Positions 48,577 through 53,794 of a stretch of 53,794 nucleotides of DNA are shown here, in pieces. The notes beneath the pieces are model-generated. The model was given only the letters and a program-made list of their open reading frames with translations, was not told the DNA's origin and did no database searches. The stretch spans positions 1 to 53,794 of the forward strand of contig DBHM01000022.1 of NCBI GenBank assembly GCA_002296185.1, read 5' to 3'. Position numbers and translations under genes: made by a program. The DNA comes from Alphaproteobacteria bacterium UBA828. GTDB lineage: Bacteria > Pseudomonadota > Alphaproteobacteria > UBA828. How positions within the stretch are numbered: position 1 is the stretch's first letter; every line of letters begins with the position of its first letter.

Positions 48577-50919
48577 TTGCAAGATACCAACTCAAGAATT
48601 TTAAGGTTTGGAGAATCAGTAACAAGATTTGAAGATGATCGTTTTTTGACTGGCGAAGGAAACTACGTTTCAGATATAATTGAACCGGATGTCGCTTATG
48701 CCAAAATCTTTCGTTCCGCTCATGCAGCTGGAAAAATTATTAAAATTAATGTCTCAGTAGCAGAAAAATTACCTGGTGTTTTGACTGTTTTGACAGGTGA
48801 AAATAGTAATAATGATGATATCGGATCGATAAAAGCTTTTCTAAAACGTCATAAACCAGATGGAACACCTAATTTTGAACCAGACTACCTTATTCTCCCC
48901 CGAACTCACATTCACCATATAGGTGAAGCCCTTGCTATAGTAGTAGCAGAAGATGAGCAAATTGCTGAAAATGCATGCGAACTTATTGAGGTAGAAATTG
49001 AACCGACTATACCAGTTACTAATCTACAAGATGCCTTAGCCCATGGAGCACCGAATGTCTGGTCTGAAGAACCTAGTAATATATGTTTCCAAGAAAACAT
49101 AGGAGATAAAGATCGAGCTAAAAATTTTTTCGCTTCTGCAGATCATATTATTGAAGATGAATTTACTATATCACGTATTATTGCATCACCAATGGAAACA
49201 CGCTCAGCTATAGGGTACTATGATCAATTAAATAATAAGTATTTATTGAAGACTGGAACTCAGGTTCCACATATGATGCAAAAAGAAATTGCTAAGAATG
49301 CTCTTGGCCTTGATCCTAATAATCTTCAAATTATATCTCCCGATGTCGGTGGAGGTTTTGGCTTAAAGGCCTCAGCTCAAAGAGAAATGGTTCTTGTACT
49401 CTGGGCTGCTAAACGAGTAGGTCGTCCAGTCCGATGGGTGGCTGATCGAAGAGAATCCTTCTTAGGCGATCATCATGGTAGAGATAACAGCGCAAAGGTT
49501 TCTCTAGCTCTGAATTCAAAAGGGGATTTCCTTGGTTTAAAAGTAAGAATGCTTTGTGCAATAGGTGCCTATATAGATAGTTTTGCACTTCATATTATGG
49601 TTAATAATATTGGTGGGCTATCAGGGCCATACCGTATTCCCAGTTATGATGTGGAAATTAAGGGTATTTTTACAAATACTCAACCCATTGCCCCTTATCG
49701 AGGAGCGGGAAGACCTGAGGCAACTTACTGTATAGAAAGAATTATCGATATAGCAGCTCGACGTATAGGATTTAATCCGATTGAGCTCAGAAGACGCAAC
49801 ATGATACCTACTGAAGAAATGCCATTCGATACTGGTTTAACTTTTACATATGATAGTGGGAAATTCGAGTCAGTAATGGATAGCGCCCTGTCTCTAGCAG
49901 ATGCAGATGGATTCTGTGAGCGTAAAAAAAATGCGCGGGAAAGGGGACTCCTACTTGGTCAAGGGTTAGCTTATGCTGTAGAAATTGCGAATGGACCACA
50001 GGGCACACCAGGCCATGAAGTCGCAAAAATTTATTTTAAAGAGAATGGAGACGCAAGAATTTCTGTAGGAGCTCACAACCATGGGCAAGGGCATGAAACA
50101 ATTTTTAAACAACTAGCTGGAGAATTTCTTGGTTTAAATTCCAAGAGGATAGAAATAGAATTTGGTGATACCGATAAAATAGATGATGGTGTTGGTACAT
50201 TTGGCTCTCGTTCAGCAGCCACTTGTGGAGCAGCAATCCGCTCTGCTTCATTAAAAATTGTTGATCAAGGGAAGTCTATTGCATCAGAGATTTTTGAAGC
50301 AAATCCTCAAGATATTATTTTCCGTGATGGCACGTTTTCAGTGCAAGGTACAGATGTAGAAATAAATATACATGATTTAGCAAAAACTACTACTGATAAA
50401 CCTTACTTTAATAAAGGTTTAGATTTTACTGCATTCTCCAAAGATTCTCCAGATGATTGTACTTTTCCTAATGCATGCCATATATGTGAAGTGGAAATTG
50501 ATCCAGACACAGGTTTTATACAATTAACACGCTATTATATTGCTGATGATGTTGGAAGAGCTCTTAATCCATTGCTCCTTGCAGGTCAATTTCATGGAGG
50601 AATAGCACAGGGTATTGGTCAAGCCCTGTTAGAAGAAATAGTTTTTGACAAAAAAAATGGTCAGATACTAACTGCTTCATTCATGGATTACTGTCTTCCA
50701 CGAGCTGATGACTTACCTTTTTTTGATATCGTGAATTTTGATGTACCAAGTCAAAACACTTTATTCGGAATTAAAGGCGCAGGAGAAGCGGGAACCGTTG
50801 GTAGTATAGTCGCAGTTATAAATGCCGTTGCAGATGCACTTTCATCTGCCGGGGCTGAAATGCCAAAAATGCCGCTCACCCCAGAACGAGTTTGGAAGTC
50901 ACTTAAAAACGCAAAATAG
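48577..50919 (+). CDS. Xanthine dehydrogenase family molybdopterin-binding large subunit (CoxL/CutL form II-like)
   Basis: R.ED.RFLTG.G.Y, DVGGGFG.K, PYRGAGRPE, HGQGHET, GTFGSRS and KGAGEAG; TTG 48577 behind GGATAGGGA preferred over 48487. Confidence 0.88.
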   Translation: MQDTNSRILRFGESVTRFEDDRFLTGEGNYVSDIIEPDVAYAKIFRSAHAAGKIIKINVSVAEKLPGVLTVLTGENSNNDDIGSIKAFLKRHKPDGTPNFEPDYLILPRTHIHHIGEALAIVVAEDEQIAENACELIEVEIEPTIPVTNLQDALAHGAPNVWSEEPSNICFQENIGDKDRAKNFFASADHIIEDEFTISRIIASPMETRSAIGYYDQLNNKYLLKTGTQVPHMMQKEIAKNALGLDPNNLQIISPDVGGGFGLKASAQREMVLVLWAAKRVGRPVRWVADRRESFLGDHHGRDNSAKVSLALNSKGDFLGLKVRMLCAIGAYIDSFALHIMVNNIGGLSGPYRIPSYDVEIKGIFTNTQPIAPYRGAGRPEATYCIERIIDIAARRIGFNPIELRRRNMIPTEEMPFDTGLTFTYDSGKFESVMDSALSLADADGFCERKKNARERGLLLGQGLAYAVEIANGPQGTPGHEVAKIYFKENGDARISVGAHNHGQGHETIFKQLAGEFLGLNSKRIEIEFGDTDKIDDGVGTFGSRSAATCGAAIRSASLKIVDQGKSIASEIFEANPQDIIFRDGTFSVQGTDVEINIHDLAKTTTDKPYFNKGLDFTAFSKDSPDDCTFPNACHICEVEIDPDTGFIQLTRYYIADDVGRALNPLLLAGQFHGGIAQGIGQALLEEIVFDKKNGQILTASFMDYCLPRADDLPFFDIVNFDVPSQNTLFGIKGAGEAGTVGSIVAVINAVADALSSAGAEMPKMPLTPERVWKSLKNAK

Positions 50920-50976
50920 ATAATAATTATAAATATATAATATTAATGAACAAAGTACTATAGCGGGGAAAAAATA

Positions 50977-52128
50977 ATGGAAAAAAGTAATCAAGATTAC
51001 TCAATACATCCAGATGATGTGGCGCAATGGAGACAGGACAACGTCCCAATATTTAACAAAAATAAATTCAAGCTTGGTGTCTTCGGTAGTAACTGTTCAA
51101 ATGGATGTACTATTACCCATGCTGAAACTAGTTTTGAGCCAACATATGATCATAATGTTAAGATTGCAAAGCTTGCAGATCAACTTGGTTTTGAAATGCT
51201 TGTACCAGTTGGTCGATGGAAACACTTTGGCGGGACAACGCAATTTAATGGTACAAACCTTGAAGTGTACACTTGGGCAACCGCAATGGCCTGCAATACA
51301 CAAAATATTATGTGCTTTGCTACTTCACATGTTCCTACAGTCCACCCCATACTTGCGGCAAAACAAGCATCAACAATTGACCAAATATCTAATGGAAGGT
51401 TTGGACTAAACGTTGTATGTGGCTGGTTTAAACCTGAAATGGAAATGTTTGGAGTCAAACAACTTCCGCACGACGATCGCTACAAAATGGCAGATGAATG
51501 GATGAAGATTGTTAAAAGACTATGGAATGAAGATGATTTTGACCATGAAGGAGAATTTTATAAAATAAACCAAGGGTTTCTATCTCCAAAACCCGTTCAG
51601 ATGCCCCATCCCGCAATAATAAATGCTGGGTCTTCACCAGCTGGTAGAGACTTTTCTGCACAGCATGCAGATTTTAATTTCCTATCAATTAATACTTTTG
51701 AGCAAGCAGCAGAAATGGTTAAAGATATTAAAAACCGTGCTAGTGACTATGGACGTAGGTGCGGAACTATGAGTTACGGGTTGATATGCTGCCGAGATAC
51801 AGAAAGCGAAGCAAAGGCTCTATACAAAAATATAGTTGATAATGGCGATTGGGGCGCAACAAATACGATCATTGAATTGATGCTCGGAGAAAACTACTCT
51901 TACGGAGATAATAAAGACGCAATAAAGGCTATGGGTGAACGGTTTATTGCTGGATGGGGCTCATATCCGCTTGTTGGAACGCCTGAGCAAGTTGTTGAAG
52001 AAATGGTAGAAATATCAAATTTAGGGATAGAAGGCTATATTGTCTCCTGGTTAGACTATCACCAAGAAATGGAATATTTTGGCAAAAAGGTATTACCACT
52101 TATGAAAGAAGCTGGACTAAGAGTTTAG
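50977..52128 (+). CDS. FMN-dependent LLM monooxygenase (RutA/SfnG/SsuD-like clade)
   Basis: FKLG.F..N, P.GRWK.FGG, HP..AAKQ.STID.ISNGR.G.N.V.GW, NAGSS..GR.F and LVGTPEQV. Confidence 0.87.
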   Translation: MEKSNQDYSIHPDDVAQWRQDNVPIFNKNKFKLGVFGSNCSNGCTITHAETSFEPTYDHNVKIAKLADQLGFEMLVPVGRWKHFGGTTQFNGTNLEVYTWATAMACNTQNIMCFATSHVPTVHPILAAKQASTIDQISNGRFGLNVVCGWFKPEMEMFGVKQLPHDDRYKMADEWMKIVKRLWNEDDFDHEGEFYKINQGFLSPKPVQMPHPAIINAGSSPAGRDFSAQHADFNFLSINTFEQAAEMVKDIKNRASDYGRRCGTMSYGLICCRDTESEAKALYKNIVDNGDWGATNTIIELMLGENYSYGDNKDAIKAMGERFIAGWGSYPLVGTPEQVVEEMVEISNLGIEGYIVSWLDYHQEMEYFGKKVLPLMKEAGLRV

Positions 52129-52215
52129 ATAAGACTGATAGTATGCTAAAAATGTATATAGTGTCTGGTTTCCTGCGTAAATTATATTCAAAAATAGATA
52201 ACGAAAGAGCTATTA

Positions 52216-52794
52216 ATGAATGAGAGACGATACGAAAGGCTCAGAAAAGCCCTAGAGAAGGGAACTATATCTATAGGTTTTTACGATCGTGCTTTACTCC
52301 GCCCAGATTCGCCAGCATTTAGCTGGCCTGATATTCTTATACCTGGTGTCTTAATGCTGATAGCTCTTATTCTTGATTTTGCATTCGCGCCCTTAAGCGT
52401 AGCCCTACTAAGTTTAGGAGCGGCAATCGCAATCGTGATGCTCGGGTACGTAAGGTGGATAAAACGTCGCGTACGTAAAAGGGCATGGAAACTAGCACTA
52501 TCTGGAGTTGATAATTGGAACGCACTTTGGGAAAGTGGTGGAGTATCGATTTGGCTTGCCCGCCGCATTGGAATAGGATGTGACTCTCCTGATGGAGACT
52601 GGAGTGAATTTGTAAGGCATCAAGTTGATAGAGCAAGGCCCTCAACAGGAGCTGCTCCAACACCTTCTGATTTTAGACAAGCGCTTTCAGTTAACCGCTC
52701 AATTAATGATGAAGAGAATAAATTTCAGGATACAAAAAGAGATACAAAGAAGAAATCAAAAGAGGCGGATGACCGGGATCGTCGAAGGTTATAA
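52216..52794 (+). CDS. Hypothetical membrane protein
   Basis: Two TM segments followed by W..LW..GG and C.SP.GDW..FV, then a charged tail. Confidence 0.65.
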   Translation: MNERRYERLRKALEKGTISIGFYDRALLRPDSPAFSWPDILIPGVLMLIALILDFAFAPLSVALLSLGAAIAIVMLGYVRWIKRRVRKRAWKLALSGVDNWNALWESGGVSIWLARRIGIGCDSPDGDWSEFVRHQVDRARPSTGAAPTPSDFRQALSVNRSINDEENKFQDTKRDTKKKSKEADDRDRRRL

Positions 52795-52850
52795 AAACAC
52801 AAATACTATATTTCTAATTATTTAAAAAACATAAACGGGAATCACTAAAA

Positions 52851-53423
52851 ATGAAATGGATCAAAGAATACCGAATGTCCAAACCCACACTCTGCGATAA
52901 TTTAATTGATGGCTTTAATGCTGCAAAAAATATGGGATTTGCTAGCCCAGGGAGGAGCGCCCGGGGTGTAGACAAGGAGTGGAAAGATTCAGAAGATGTA
53001 ACATTTGCATGTCTTCCTGTTAACGAATACGCTGAAACCGCTCAATCCTATAGAGAACATATGATGGAGTGCCTAAATGAATATCTTAAGTCATTTCCAA
53101 TTCTTAAGTCAGCAACTGGTAGATTGGGATTTCTAGAGCCACCTCAGATTCAAAGATACTCGCCAGGAGCTGCTTTTTTTGGGGAACATTATGAAAGTAG
53201 CAGCAGAGATATTGCTCATAGAGCATTGGCTTTCATGACCTATCTTAATAGCATAAAAAAGGGAGGTGGTACAAAATTTGTAAGCCAAGATTTTATATGC
53301 AAACCTCGAAAGGGTAAAACGGTCATCTGGCCCGGGGGGTTTACACACACCCATCAAGGAGTAGTAGCACCGGATGAAGAGAAATACATAATCACTGGGT
53401 GGATAAGCCACCTCGGGGATTAA
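52851..53423 (+). CDS. 2OG-Fe(II) oxygenase (prolyl 4-hydroxylase-like)
   Basis: QIQRY.PG, H-x-E (HYE), MTYLN...GG.T.F, WP..FTH.H.G and KYIITGW. Confidence 0.87.
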   Translation: MKWIKEYRMSKPTLCDNLIDGFNAAKNMGFASPGRSARGVDKEWKDSEDVTFACLPVNEYAETAQSYREHMMECLNEYLKSFPILKSATGRLGFLEPPQIQRYSPGAAFFGEHYESSSRDIAHRALAFMTYLNSIKKGGGTKFVSQDFICKPRKGKTVIWPGGFTHTHQGVVAPDEEKYIITGWISHLGD

Positions 53424-53463
53424 TGAGAATTAGAGAATTTTTATTAACACCTATATTAGGATG

Positions 53464-53733
53464 TTATGCCTTCGAACTCTTCCAACGACAGTAGAGCCTC
53501 TTAATAGGATTCATGAATGGCCTAATAACCAGGGTCATACAAATCAGTGTGACGAAGTATATGAAACCAACCCCTACTCCACTCTGAAAGCTCTCGACTG
53601 GAACTAAATCTATCATCCATATAAGTGTGATGAGACATATTCCAAGTGCAATGAAATAAGCACCACGTTCGTTAGTTGCAAACATAAAATCTACAACTTT
53701 TTTTGCAGTCTCCGAAAAATCTTTGTTGGCCAT
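53464..53733 (-). CDS. Small hypothetical membrane protein (2 TM)
   Basis: ORF with two hydrophobic segments; ATG 53733 preferred over GTG 53748. Confidence 0.5.
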   Translation of the reverse strand: MANKDFSETAKKVVDFMFATNERGAYFIALGICLITLIWMIDLVPVESFQSGVGVGFIYFVTLICMTLVIRPFMNPIKRLYCRWKSSKA

Positions 53734-53794
53734 AGAATTCTCTTTCACTTTAAAGTCTGTTGCCGGTATTCGGATCGAAATAATGAATTGAGCT

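Noticed and set aside
48577-50919. Aerobic CO dehydrogenase
   Set aside because: Lacks the AYxCSFR loop and there are no coxS, coxM or coxDEF genes
1582-53411. Many short antisense or nested ORFs in the track (e.g. 5199-5543, 17277-17621, 44260-44652, 51014-51409)
   Set aside because: They overlap well-supported genes and have no recognisable motifs; treated as shadow ORFs
1-53794. CRISPR array, rRNA, IS element, prophage or anti-phage system
   Set aside because: No spaced repeats, transposase, phage structural genes or nuclease/ATPase defence motifs seen

Overview
AT-rich window (GC by eye just under 40%) from what looks like a free-living, probably marine, Rhodospirillales-like alphaproteobacterium; the taxon is inferred from gene order. 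0-9.7 kb: core block dcd-murA-DUF2948-hisG-hisD-UPF0262-LMW phosphatase-maf-rng plus tRNA-Thr(GGT), without the infA usually found here. 9.7-16.3 kb: gmaS-mgdABCD (methylamine N-methylglutamate pathway) with no mgsABC. 16.5-25.3 kb: core genes pdxH, 17-kDa lipoprotein, fabI, aroC, tlyA, ispA, xseB, a deacetylase and degQ; dxs is absent between ispA and tlyA. 25.4-36.1 kb: two divergent ATP-dependent hydantoinase/oxoprolinase A+B pairs around an N-formylglutamate amidohydrolase-like gene, a DMT transporter and a class I amidotransferase. 36-54 kb: accessory region with orphan exported proteins, two MFS transporters, yajQ, a SnoaL/LinA-BaiE-like/VOC operon divergent from a luciferase-like monooxygenase (LLM), tRNA-Lys(CTT) with a decayed ~1-kb islet (ceramidase-family gene bounded by a degenerate tRNA 3' copy), a SOUL lipoprotein, two more LLMs, a lone xanthine dehydrogenase-family large subunit and a 2OG-Fe(II) oxygenase. 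No CRISPR array, rRNA, transposase, integrase or recognisable defence system was seen. All calls rest on motif recognition by eye; no database searches were run.
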